Shown one piece after another: positions 22,915 to 31,815 of a stretch of 64,000 nucleotides of DNA (position 1 is the first letter of the stretch; the number at the start of each line of letters is the position of its first letter). The DNA is from Thermostichus sp. DRC_bins_24 (GTDB taxonomy: Bacteria; Cyanobacteriota; Cyanobacteriia; Thermostichales; Thermostichaceae). Under the pieces are notes generated by a model. The model was not told the origin of the DNA and did not search any database. It saw only the letters and a list, made by a program, of their open reading frames with translations. The translations under genes were made by a program, and so were the position numbers. The stretch covers positions 32,001 to 96,000 of the forward strand of contig JAUQVK010000067.1 of NCBI GenBank assembly GCA_039794845.1, in the 5' to 3' direction.

Positions 22915-24495
22915 TCAGTTTTGTCGTGACCAAGATTGCAAGGCCCGCAATTGAGGCGTTTTCTTCAGTTGGTGCGCCTCCATCCGCGTCAGAACATCAT
23001 CCAAAATCGTGATGGCCTCGGCGATGAATGGCCCTTTATTGAGCATGACGCACTCAGCCCGTTCTGCCATGGCCGCATCCGTCATCTCTCCCCGCGAGGG
23101 GGCGCCTTTTTTCACCAAACTTTCCAACACTTGCGTGGCCCAAATCACCGGCACATGGGCCGCTTCGCACAGCCACAGAATTTCTTCTTGAATTTCCGCT
23201 AGGCGTTGATAGCCTATTTCCACTGCCAAATCTCCCCTAGCAATCATCACCCCAAACGACTGTTTGCCAGCGGCATGAACAATCAGTTCGGGTAAGTTTT
23301 TCACCGCTACCGCCGTTTCAATTTTGGCCACCAGGGCCGGACTAGAGTGACCGACGGGAACGCGGCGTGCCAATTCTTCTTGTAAGCGATCAATATCCGC
23401 AGGCCGTTGTACAAAGGAGTAGCCAATCATGTCCGCATGCGCCACGACAAAATCCAAATCCGACAAATCTTTTTCGGTGAGAGGGCTCAGGGGCAAGATC
23501 GTATTGGGAAAATTTAACCCCTTTTCGGGCCGCAGTCGGATCCCTTTGGGGCTGGCGTGGGTGACTTGCAGCAGCAACCCCAACGAGCCATCGGGCATGG
23601 GGTATTGTGTATCTACGACACGGGTACGAATTTTGCCGTCATCGATGTAAACAGGGGTCTCCACTGTCAACAAATCGAGAATCTCGGGTACTGTGCAGCA
23701 GGTCTGAAAATGCTGGGGAGCAGAGTCTGCAGAGTCCAGGGATTGCTCATCAAGTTTGCCCTGTTCTGCGTTTGGCGAACAACGGGACAGGAGAATAAAA
23801 TCTCCGCGAAACACTCGCTTTTTGCCCATGGGGGCCAGTACAGGGCCCGTGCGGATTTTAGGCCCAGCCAAATCCATCAACACTTTGCAGTTCACCCCCA
23901 ATTCTTGGGCCGCACGACGGGTATGGTCGATCATCTGCTGCCAAAGGGCTGGGGTATCGTGGGCACAGTTAATGCGCACACAGTTGGCCCCGCGTCGCAG
24001 CATTTCTTTCACCAAGGCCTCATCAAAGGCAGCCTCGGTGGGCAAGGTTACCAGGATCCTGACCCGGCGATGAGGCAAAGGGGGGCCGAACAGGTCTTCG
24101 GTGTGGCGATGTAGAAGGCGTTGTCCTTCAAAGAGGGCGGCCAGCGGTGGGTGATGGGGCGGGCCCTCTTGTCCACAGATGTGCTTGAGGGTGGCGATCA
24201 CGGCATCGAGATTGGGGAGCACCCGTGCTTCAATACGACCCAGTGAGGACAATCCCCAGGGGATCAGTGCGGTTTGCAACTCCCGCAGATCATGGCGGCG
24301 CAGGGCCAAGTATTGGGCCAAATTGAGGGCACTGAAGAGGAAGTCTGGCCGTTGAATGAAGGGTTTCCACCGGTGGAAGGTGGCTTGTCCTTCGCGGGTT
24401 ACCGACTGTCGTAGGGTTTGCAGAGCAAAGAGCAGGACTTCTGGACGAGAGAGGTCATGGCTTTCGGCTATGGACTCCCAAGTGGGATGGCTCAT
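22915..24495 (-). CDS. pyk: Pyruvate kinase, variant with an N-terminal extension and no C-terminal alpha/beta domain
   Basis: RINCAHD, DLAGPKIRTG, AKIET, MIARGDLAVE, WATQVLES and AECVMLNKG motifs. Confidence 0.88.
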   Translation of the reverse strand: MSHPTWESIAESHDLSRPEVLLFALQTLRQSVTREGQATFHRWKPFIQRPDFLFSALNLAQYLALRRHDLRELQTALIPWGLSSLGRIEARVLPNLDAVIATLKHICGQEGPPHHPPLAALFEGQRLLHRHTEDLFGPPLPHRRVRILVTLPTEAAFDEALVKEMLRRGANCVRINCAHDTPALWQQMIDHTRRAAQELGVNCKVLMDLAGPKIRTGPVLAPMGKKRVFRGDFILLSRCSPNAEQGKLDEQSLDSADSAPQHFQTCCTVPEILDLLTVETPVYIDDGKIRTRVVDTQYPMPDGSLGLLLQVTHASPKGIRLRPEKGLNFPNTILPLSPLTEKDLSDLDFVVAHADMIGYSFVQRPADIDRLQEELARRVPVGHSSPALVAKIETAVAVKNLPELIVHAAGKQSFGVMIARGDLAVEIGYQRLAEIQEEILWLCEAAHVPVIWATQVLESLVKKGAPSRGEMTDAAMAERAECVMLNKGPFIAEAITILDDVLTRMEAHQLKKTPQLRALQSWSRQN

Positions 24496-24518
24496 GGTTT
24501 AGGACTTGAGTTCAGCAG

Positions 24519-24700
24519 CTTTCACCTTCACAGCCCTTGAGTGGGTTTCCTACAGCTTGGTATGTGCTTCTGTCTCCCACTCACAAAAGGGTTTCAACCT
24601 ACACTGGGGTATGTGACTAGCGGTGCCCTATGGGCCGCCCCATGGGTGAACGCACCAGCGGGCCCTAGGTGTAAAGGGCTGTAGGCAGTCGCCAAGGCGA
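24519..24700 (+). other. Structured intergenic element (nested inverted repeats plus imperfect direct repeats), candidate ncRNA or MITE-like element
   Basis: Stems 24530-24538/24674-24682, 24539-24545/24576-24582, 24600-24609/24663-24673, 24622-24626/24652-24656 and 24627-24634/24639-24646; repeat CCTACAnnnnGGTATGTG at 24549 and 24598. Confidence 0.45.
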
Positions 24701-24836
24701 AAAAACTGGGTTGGACCCTGCTTTTATGATTTTCTCCTCATGCCGGAGATAACCGGCCACCACACCCGACCGATGCTAATTTCATCCCGATGTTACTGTT
24801 CATGGATGGCAGGTGAATTTCACGTTAGGCCAGATA

Positions 24837-25445
24837 ATGCAGATGCAGCTCGCCTCGAAGGCCAAGGTCTTTTCTCTCCTTGCGCACAGGGGGCAGTGCC
24901 GTCCCAACGCCAGTCATGAGCCCATGGCGGTTCATCTATCGGAAGTCGCAAGCTATGTCACAGATGAATCCGGCGATGAGGTTGCGATAGCTTGCGCGTG
25001 GTTGCATGACGTAGTCGAAGACACGAGCGTAACTCTCACGGAGATTGGGGAACGCTTCGGACAGCGACTCTCGGGGTTCGTGGAAATGCTGACAGACCCC
25101 CCAGACTGGGCCACGAAGGACTTAGCGGAAAGAAAGGAGCGGCAGGCGTTACGGATCGCTACTGCACCCAACCTGGTGAAGCTTGTCAAGCTGGCTGATC
25201 AGATATCAAACATTCGTTCTGTCATCTTCGATCCTCCGCTCGAATGGGGTCAGGACGAATGCATCACCTATGTGAGGGGGGCATCTTTGGTCGGTCGTGC
25301 GTGCGCTGGCGTTTCCCAGAGGCTAGACACTCTGCTGGAGCACTACGTCTGCCTTGCTCGGCAGCCTAACTCAGCAATGGGCAAGGGATCCCTAAGCACC
25401 GAAGATAACCGGTCACTGCACCTGATCTCCAGGGAGAACCCATAA
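24837..25445 (+). CDS. HD-domain small alarmone hydrolase-like protein (Mesh1/SpoT HD)
   Basis: AHRGQCR...EPMAVHLSEVA, AWLHDVVEDT and VKLADQISN motifs; start uncertain (24813, 24837 or 24843). Confidence 0.82.
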   Translation: MQMQLASKAKVFSLLAHRGQCRPNASHEPMAVHLSEVASYVTDESGDEVAIACAWLHDVVEDTSVTLTEIGERFGQRLSGFVEMLTDPPDWATKDLAERKERQALRIATAPNLVKLVKLADQISNIRSVIFDPPLEWGQDECITYVRGASLVGRACAGVSQRLDTLLEHYVCLARQPNSAMGKGSLSTEDNRSLHLISRENP

Positions 25446-25621
25446 ACAACTCAGTAAACCCTCGAGAGGTACCTCACCACTTACAGAGCTTGCTGCCCTG
25501 CCATACCTTTAGCGGCAGAGAACTTTTCTGGGATTTTCACGTCTAGAGATGGCGTTTGAGGGATCCTTTCTGGTGGATAGTAGGGGTAAGGATTCCATAC
25601 GCAGAACTTGAGGTGTGGACG

Positions 25622-27436
25622 ATGCGCGAGTTTTCCCTTTGGCACGGTTGGAAGACAGCTGCTTTGGTGGTGAGTTGTAGCAGTCTGGCCTTGGTAGGAG
25701 ATCCCGTCTGGGGGCAGCTTTCCGACATCAGCACCTACTGGGCTGCCCAGTACATCATCGGTTTGAATGAGCGGCAAGTGATCGGTGGGTTCCCCGATGG
25801 TACCTTCCGGCCCAACGAATCGATTACACGCGCCCAATTTGCCGTCATTGTCACCAAGGCCTTTGGACTGGATACCAACGTGCCTTCCCGCCAGTTTGTC
25901 GATCCGATCCCCAGTTGGGCCGCGCCTTCCATTGGGGCAGCGGCGGCGGCAGGATTTGTTTCGGGCTTTCCCGATGGTACTTTTCGACCGAATGATGTGC
26001 TGACCCGTGCCCAAGCGATTACCGTGCTCACCAAAGCGGCTACCAACGATAACTTTATTCAGGATGCCAACCAGATCGACCAGATCCTGGCCGGGTTTAC
26101 CGATGCAGGATTGGTTCCCAACTTTGCTCGTGCCCCCATCGCTACCGCTGTTCAAGAGAGTCTGCTGGTGCTCTACCCCAGCCCCGTACAGTTGAATGCC
26201 CAAGCGGTGGCAACCCGGGGGGAAGTGGCGGCTCTGACTTACCAGGCCCTGGCCAAAGTGGGACGGGTGCCCAATCTTGATCCGCCGGTGGGCGCCGCCA
26301 TTCCTGGCCCCGGCATCAGCACCGAGATCATCGCCGAAGTTACCCCAACTCCCGAACCCCTAGCGACACCGGATATCCCGGTTGAGCCCTTGGTGGAAAC
26401 CCTGCCCACCGCGCCAGAGGTGAGAACCTTCTTTACCCGTGAACCCTTGGGGCTTGTGAATCCCGGGGATACCTTCACGGTGTTCTTACTGGGATCCCCG
26501 GGCGCACAGGCGGTCTTCTCCATTCCTGGCATTGCCTATAACATTCCGCTTCAGGAGACCCGTCCCGGTCAGTATGAGGGAACCTATACCTTCCGCAGCC
26601 AAGACCGGGCCTCGGAGGTGCCCGTCATTGCCCGTCTAGAACGGGATGGCCTGGTCACCTTGGTTCAGTTGCCAGAAAAGACCATCTCGATTGGCCGAGT
26701 AACCGATACCACCTTCCCCACCATTAGCGAGCTTGCCCCTGCCAACGGAGCCACCGTAGAGAATCTTCGCCCGACAATCTCGGCTCGCTTCCAAGATGAC
26801 CAAGGGATTGACCTGAACAGCTTTACCCTGCTGGTAAACAATGTGGATGTGACGGCTCAGGCCCAACTGACTCAGACCACCTTTACCTATACCCCAGCCG
26901 AGCCTCTGCCCACCGATCAACCCACCCTGGTCGCCGTCCAGATTGCCGATACCAGCGGCAACACCGCCATTCAACAGTGGTCTTTCCGGGTACAGGCAGC
27001 ACAGGCAACACCCACCCCGACCCCGACTCCCACCCCCACCCCAACTCCTACGCCTACGCCAACACCCGAACCTACCCCGACCCCAACTCCCACCCCAACT
27101 CCTACGCCTACGCCAACACCCGAACCCACCCCGACCCCAACTCCTACGCCTACGCCAACTCCTACGCCTACGCCAACACCCGAACCCACCCCCACCCCAA
27201 CACCCGAACCCGTTGTGGAGCCTCTCCCCTCGCCCGAGGGCCGTTCTCCCGCAGAGGCTGAGCGACCGGAAGCGGACCCCGAAACCGAAACCCCGGAAAC
27301 AAGCCCAGAGCTGGGGGATCCCTCACCTGAGCCGGAAACCCCAACTTCTGAAGATGAGCCGGAAACCCCAACTTCTGAAGAAGCCTCGCCTGAGCCGGAG
27401 GAGCCCGGCGAACCTACCCCCTCCCCTAGCCCCTAA
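25622..27436 (+). CDS. S-layer homology (SLH) domain surface protein with Ig-like domains and a Pro/Thr/Glu-rich tail
   Basis: GFPDGTFRPN...TRAQ twice plus ATRGEVAA; N-terminal signal-like segment; (PT)n tail. Confidence 0.88.
   Translation: MREFSLWHGWKTAALVVSCSSLALVGDPVWGQLSDISTYWAAQYIIGLNERQVIGGFPDGTFRPNESITRAQFAVIVTKAFGLDTNVPSRQFVDPIPSWAAPSIGAAAAAGFVSGFPDGTFRPNDVLTRAQAITVLTKAATNDNFIQDANQIDQILAGFTDAGLVPNFARAPIATAVQESLLVLYPSPVQLNAQAVATRGEVAALTYQALAKVGRVPNLDPPVGAAIPGPGISTEIIAEVTPTPEPLATPDIPVEPLVETLPTAPEVRTFFTREPLGLVNPGDTFTVFLLGSPGAQAVFSIPGIAYNIPLQETRPGQYEGTYTFRSQDRASEVPVIARLERDGLVTLVQLPEKTISIGRVTDTTFPTISELAPANGATVENLRPTISARFQDDQGIDLNSFTLLVNNVDVTAQAQLTQTTFTYTPAEPLPTDQPTLVAVQIADTSGNTAIQQWSFRVQAAQATPTPTPTPTPTPTPTPTPTPEPTPTPTPTPTPTPTPTPEPTPTPTPTPTPTPTPTPTPEPTPTPTPEPVVEPLPSPEGRSPAEAERPEADPETETPETSPELGDPSPEPETPTSEDEPETPTSEEASPEPEEPGEPTPSPSP
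27007..27210 (+). repeat. Coding tandem repeat encoding (PT)n/PEPT
   Basis: Recurrent CCAACTCCTACGCCTACGCCAACACCCGAAC units, in frame. Confidence 0.9.
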
Positions 27437-27560
27437 TTGAGAGACCGTCGATCTTAAAATAGTGTTTCAAGAGCTATTTTTGCTTCATCGGGTACCACAT
27501 CTGGTGGGCACAGGTCAGATGGGATGTTAAGCTACTGCCAGTTGTGACCTGGTGGGATCC

Positions 27561-28520
27561 ATGAACCAAGCCTTGCAGCCGATGCAGACGGTTTTGCCTT
27601 GGCCCTCTTGGGTGTTGAGTGGGGTGCTATGGGCCAGTGCTATTGCTCCTGTTGCCGCCCAGGAGTTTGAATTTACACCACAGGGGCAACCTCCAACGGC
27701 CCCCAGTGTGGATCCCATCCCTACCTTGCCGCTGCTGCCGGCTTCGCCGCCGGCCACCTCTGCTGCTCCGCCTGACCTGCCTGCAGTGCCTCAGGTACCC
27801 CAGATGCCACTGGATCTGGAGCCCGAAGCTCCAGCTGTGGATCCCAGTACCGCGCCAATTCCGGTTGTGCCTTTGCAAGCGGCTCCCGGGAGCCGGCCCC
27901 CTTTGGGAGAAGCCTATTCCTATCAACGTCAGCCTGGCCTCAGCCCAGGTGGGAATCTTTCGGGGGCGACGCGAGGGGAGTTGCCACCGGGCACCATCAT
28001 TCCTCTGACGGTTTACCGCGAAATCACCTTTCAGCCCTACCAGGCGATCAACGGCAACCTAGAAGTATCCGATCCGGTGGTGGATCGCTTTGGTCAGGTG
28101 GTGATCCCGGCGGGTAGTGTAGTATGGGGTACTTTTGAGCCGGTTTACCGCGAGATCGATCCCCTCAATCGGGTGGAAGAAAATGCCGATCCCCAAGCAC
28201 GGATTGTCGGCAGTCGCTTTGTGGCCAACCGCATCACCATCGGCCCCTCCACCTATCTGCTCAGCGGTCGTTCTCCTCTGCTGCGAGTCGGTCTGGATCG
28301 CAACGCTGATGTGGGAACAACAGTGGCCCGTGGGGCGGGATATGGGGCGGCTGGCGGGCTGGCCTTGGGGGTTCTTACCGGGGGAGTGGGGTTTTTACCG
28401 ATCATCGCCGGAAGTTTGGCGGGAGCTGCTGCGGGGAGTACCAACATCGATCGGGTGGTGACCTTACAGCCAAATACCCTGGTGGAGCTGGAATTGGCGG
28501 ATAGCCTGATCATCCAATGA
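27561..28520 (+). CDS. Secreted/envelope hypothetical protein with a Pro-rich N-terminus and glycine-zipper C-terminus
   Basis: Signal peptide ending VAA; IPAGSVVWG..EP...GSRFVA; GAGYGAAGG glycine zipper. Confidence 0.7.
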   Translation: MNQALQPMQTVLPWPSWVLSGVLWASAIAPVAAQEFEFTPQGQPPTAPSVDPIPTLPLLPASPPATSAAPPDLPAVPQVPQMPLDLEPEAPAVDPSTAPIPVVPLQAAPGSRPPLGEAYSYQRQPGLSPGGNLSGATRGELPPGTIIPLTVYREITFQPYQAINGNLEVSDPVVDRFGQVVIPAGSVVWGTFEPVYREIDPLNRVEENADPQARIVGSRFVANRITIGPSTYLLSGRSPLLRVGLDRNADVGTTVARGAGYGAAGGLALGVLTGGVGFLPIIAGSLAGAAAGSTNIDRVVTLQPNTLVELELADSLIIQ

Positions 28521-28523
28521 GCC

Positions 28524-28552
28524 GTAAACTACCCAACGCAATGCCGAACGGC
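28524..28552 (-). mobile_element. Possible isolated IS200/IS605 right-end fragment
   Basis: Minus strand TGCCGTTCGGCATTGCGTTGGGTAGTTTAC resembles GCGTCGGGTACTTCAC at the right end of the 13200-14056 element. Confidence 0.4.
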
Positions 28553-28660
28553 AGGCTAACGCCAATATGCTACGCATGGAGCGCGGGGCGCCTGCGAGTT
28601 CAGCTGAGGTGACTTGGGGCCGGTCGGTAGAGTAGAAGGGAGCCCCCTTGATGTTCCCCC

Positions 28661-29881
28661 ATGGCCTTCTGGATCTACGTTGTGCCCCCTCTGGCCGGGC
28701 TGGTGATCGGCTATTTCACCAATGACATTGCCATCAAAATGCTGTTCCGGCCTTACCGGCCCTATCGGATTTTGGGTCGGCGAATTCCCTTTACCCCTGG
28801 CCTAATCCCCCAAAATCAGCCCCGCTTGGCCAAGCAGATCGCCAACACCATCATGGGATCCCTGCTCACGCCGGAGGAGCTGCACAACTTGGCGCGCAAA
28901 CTGCTGCAAACGGAGCGCATGCAGGCGGGGATCCGCTGGCTACTGGGGGTGGCCTTGGATCGGCTGCAAAACCCCGAACAACAGCAGCAAACGGCTCAGG
29001 TGTTGGCGCGCATTTTGGCGGATCTGTTCAACGAGTCGTTACCGCGCCTGGTGAAGGTGCTGGCGCGCCAAGAAGCCTTTCTGGAGGAGCCGATCAACCA
29101 ACTGTTCGATCAGGTGTTGCTGGATCTGCGCCTCAGTGCCGAGCAAGCCAGACAGCTCTCGGAGTGGATTTGGGAACAGGCGCTGCCGCCGAAGGTGTTG
29201 CGACAAAATCTGGTGGACTTTCTTACGGATCGCAATATCGAGGCGCTAGATGAGGAATTTCGGGAACGAGCGACGGGATCCTACTGGGTGGTGGCCAACT
29301 TGTTTGGTCTAAAAAATGCCCTGCTGCGGCTGCGCACCTATTGCCTGGAAGATCCAGAGGGGGCAGAAGCGATTTTGGAGGGTCTGCTTAAAGACATCAG
29401 CGCCAATCGCCGCCTTACCGAGATTTTGCAGAACCTCTCGCTACAAAACCTGCCGGTTACTGCCGTGCGCCAGTTGCGTCGCGCCCTACGGGAGGGGATC
29501 CAAGATTACCTACGAACCCAAGGGCCGGATCTGCTCCAAGGCTTAGGCCTGACAATCGACTGGGAAAAGGTGGCCAGCCTGGTGTTGGGTCGCTTGCGTA
29601 ACTCAAAAGTGTTGCTCACCTCCATCGATCAGATCAGCGTTGACCTGGCTTTGGTATTGGAGCGCTACTTAGAACGGGATCTGGAATCTCTCATGACGCA
29701 GGTGATCCCCGTCTTGAATTTGGATCAGGTGATCACCGACAAGGTCAATGCCACCTCTCCGGCAGACCTGGAACAGGCGATTCAACAGATCGTGCGCCAA
29801 GAGCTTCAGGCAATTGTCAACCTGGGGGGCATGTTGGGCTTTTTGGTGGGCTGTGTCCAGGTGCTGTTTTTGCTCCTGTAA
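28661..29881 (+). CDS. DUF445 family membrane protein
   Basis: IGYFTNDIAIKMLFRP N-terminus and ELQAIVNLGG.LGFLVG C-terminus. Confidence 0.9.
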   Translation: MAFWIYVVPPLAGLVIGYFTNDIAIKMLFRPYRPYRILGRRIPFTPGLIPQNQPRLAKQIANTIMGSLLTPEELHNLARKLLQTERMQAGIRWLLGVALDRLQNPEQQQQTAQVLARILADLFNESLPRLVKVLARQEAFLEEPINQLFDQVLLDLRLSAEQARQLSEWIWEQALPPKVLRQNLVDFLTDRNIEALDEEFRERATGSYWVVANLFGLKNALLRLRTYCLEDPEGAEAILEGLLKDISANRRLTEILQNLSLQNLPVTAVRQLRRALREGIQDYLRTQGPDLLQGLGLTIDWEKVASLVLGRLRNSKVLLTSIDQISVDLALVLERYLERDLESLMTQVIPVLNLDQVITDKVNATSPADLEQAIQQIVRQELQAIVNLGGMLGFLVGCVQVLFLLL

Positions 29882-29958
29882 GGGGGGATCCCACCGCTTC
29901 AATGGAGTTTTGGTGTATCGACGAAACGGAGATCTGCGGGTAGTTCTATGATGGTGGA

Positions 29959-31641
29959 ATGAAATTAACGATTCTCCACACTTCTGACCTGCACGCCAAT
30001 CTCCATCCCTGGAACTATTTCACCGGGACACCTGCGGAGCATGGTCTGGCCAAATTGGCCACTCTGATCAAGCGAGCGCGGGCTGCAACCCAAGACCCTG
30101 TGTTGTTGATCGACAGTGGCGACACCATTCAGGGATCCCCGCTAGCCACCTATTACGCCCAAGTGGAACGGGTCTCGCCCCATCCGTTGGCCCATGCCTT
30201 CAACGCTCTGGCCTACGATGCCTTTACCCCCGGCAATCACGATTTCAACTTTGGGCCGCAGGTTCTACAGGACTTTGTGACGGATCTCCAGTGTCCGGTG
30301 CTCTGTGCCAACATCCTGCGCCAAAACGGGGATCCCCTCTTTCAGCCCTATCGGATCCAAAACCTCCGGGGGATCCGCGTCGGCCTGTTGGGCCTGACCA
30401 CCCCCCGCATCGATACCTGGGAACGCCCCGACCACATTGTCGGCTTGCGCTTTGCCCCTTTGCTGGAGACGGCTCACCACTATCTGCCGCTGCTCCGGCC
30501 TCAGGTGGATGTATTGGTGGTGATTCTGCACAGCGGCCCCAACCATTTGCCCCCAGAACGCACTCCCGAGCACTGGCGAGACCCGGATCGCTCCCACTGG
30601 CGCAGCAACAAGAGTCTCCCGGGAGAAAATGAGCTGCTCACCCTGGCGCAACTACAGGATATCGATGTCATTCTCTCCGGCCATACCCACCAAACCATCG
30701 CTGGGTTGGGTCATCAGCCCCAATGGAGTGACTCAAGGTCACCTTGGGTAGTACAGCCTGGGTTTTGGGGCACCCACCTCTCGCAGGTTTGCTTGGAACT
30801 GGAAGAACGGGCCGAAGGCTGGCAAGTGGTGGGTGGTGAAGCGACACTGCTTTCGGCGGAAGGGATCCCTCCTGATCCGGAATTGCTGGAATTGACGGAG
30901 CCCTACCATCGGGCCACCTTACACTACATCAGCCAGCCGATCGGCCATGTTCGTTCTCCTTATGCGGGTGGGTTAGCAGCCCGTCTGGGGGCCAATCCTC
31001 TGGCGGAACTGCTGCATCAGGCGCAGTTGCAAGCGGCACGCGAGGCGGGGTTTGCAGCCGAACTTTCTCTGGTCAACATCTGTAGCAGCGCCAGCTTGGT
31101 CGCAGGCCCGATTCGACTACAAGATGCCTACAGTCTCACGGTCTACGACAACACTCTCTGTGTTCTGAAGGTAACCGGCGATATCCTGCGGCGAGCACTC
31201 GAACAAACTGCTGCCTACTTTCGACAGTTGGATCCCGGCCATCTTCCAGCAGATCCTACTGCTGTTGTTGCCCCCGATGCCCGTGGCTATACCTTTGACC
31301 TCTACCATGGCATCGACTATTGCTTCGATCTCACTCGCCCCGTGGGGGAACGCCTGGTCGACCTCCGGTTCCGTGGGCAGCCTGTCAAGCCCACGCAGAC
31401 CTTCCGCCTGGCGATTAACCACTATCGAGCTGGCGGGGGCGGCGGCTACAGCATGTTCCAAGAAGCAGAAACCCTGTGGATCTCAGCCGATAGCATCCGC
31501 GATTTCCTCGTCTACTACATCAAGACCCATTCTCCTCTGCAGCCCATCCACAGCCACAACTGGAGATTGATCCCAGATTTGGCGGAGATCTATTTTCCCA
31601 ACTCCATCCGCCGACCTGAGAAAAGCCTGTTGGTAGGCTAG
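29959..31641 (+). CDS. Bifunctional 2',3'-cyclic-nucleotide phosphodiesterase/5'-nucleotidase family metallophosphoesterase (CpdB-like)
   Basis: HTSDLH, DSGDTIQGS, GNHDFNFG, SGHTH and NHYRAGGGGGY motifs; no signal peptide. Confidence 0.88.
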   Translation: MKLTILHTSDLHANLHPWNYFTGTPAEHGLAKLATLIKRARAATQDPVLLIDSGDTIQGSPLATYYAQVERVSPHPLAHAFNALAYDAFTPGNHDFNFGPQVLQDFVTDLQCPVLCANILRQNGDPLFQPYRIQNLRGIRVGLLGLTTPRIDTWERPDHIVGLRFAPLLETAHHYLPLLRPQVDVLVVILHSGPNHLPPERTPEHWRDPDRSHWRSNKSLPGENELLTLAQLQDIDVILSGHTHQTIAGLGHQPQWSDSRSPWVVQPGFWGTHLSQVCLELEERAEGWQVVGGEATLLSAEGIPPDPELLELTEPYHRATLHYISQPIGHVRSPYAGGLAARLGANPLAELLHQAQLQAAREAGFAAELSLVNICSSASLVAGPIRLQDAYSLTVYDNTLCVLKVTGDILRRALEQTAAYFRQLDPGHLPADPTAVVAPDARGYTFDLYHGIDYCFDLTRPVGERLVDLRFRGQPVKPTQTFRLAINHYRAGGGGGYSMFQEAETLWISADSIRDFLVYYIKTHSPLQPIHSHNWRLIPDLAEIYFPNSIRRPEKSLLVG

Positions 31642-31815
31642 AAAGGGTGCCGTGGGATCCCTTCTCCATCCCGCTGGTTTCGAGGGAAGTCGGTAGAATA
31701 CGATCAGCACGGTAGCCTGGTTTGGCCCGGCTTACCCTCGACTTTGGGATTTTCAAGCCTGCCAGACCGTGGCTTCACCGGCATTACACCCATTGCTCAC
31801 ACTTTGCTTCAACCC

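Noticed and set aside
24519..24618. A bona fide CRISPR array
   Set aside because: Only 2-3 non-identical units, irregular spacing and no cas genes in the window; kept only as a weak hypothesis.
27007..27210. Tandem repeats as a CRISPR array or non-coding repeat locus (also 38620-39210 and 51720-51980)
   Set aside because: They are in-frame Pro/Thr codon repeats inside proteins, with no unique spacers.
31650..31815. CIRCE/HrcA operator upstream of grpE-dnaK-dnaJ
   Set aside because: No TTAGCACTC-N9-GAGTGCTAA-like inverted repeat seen.
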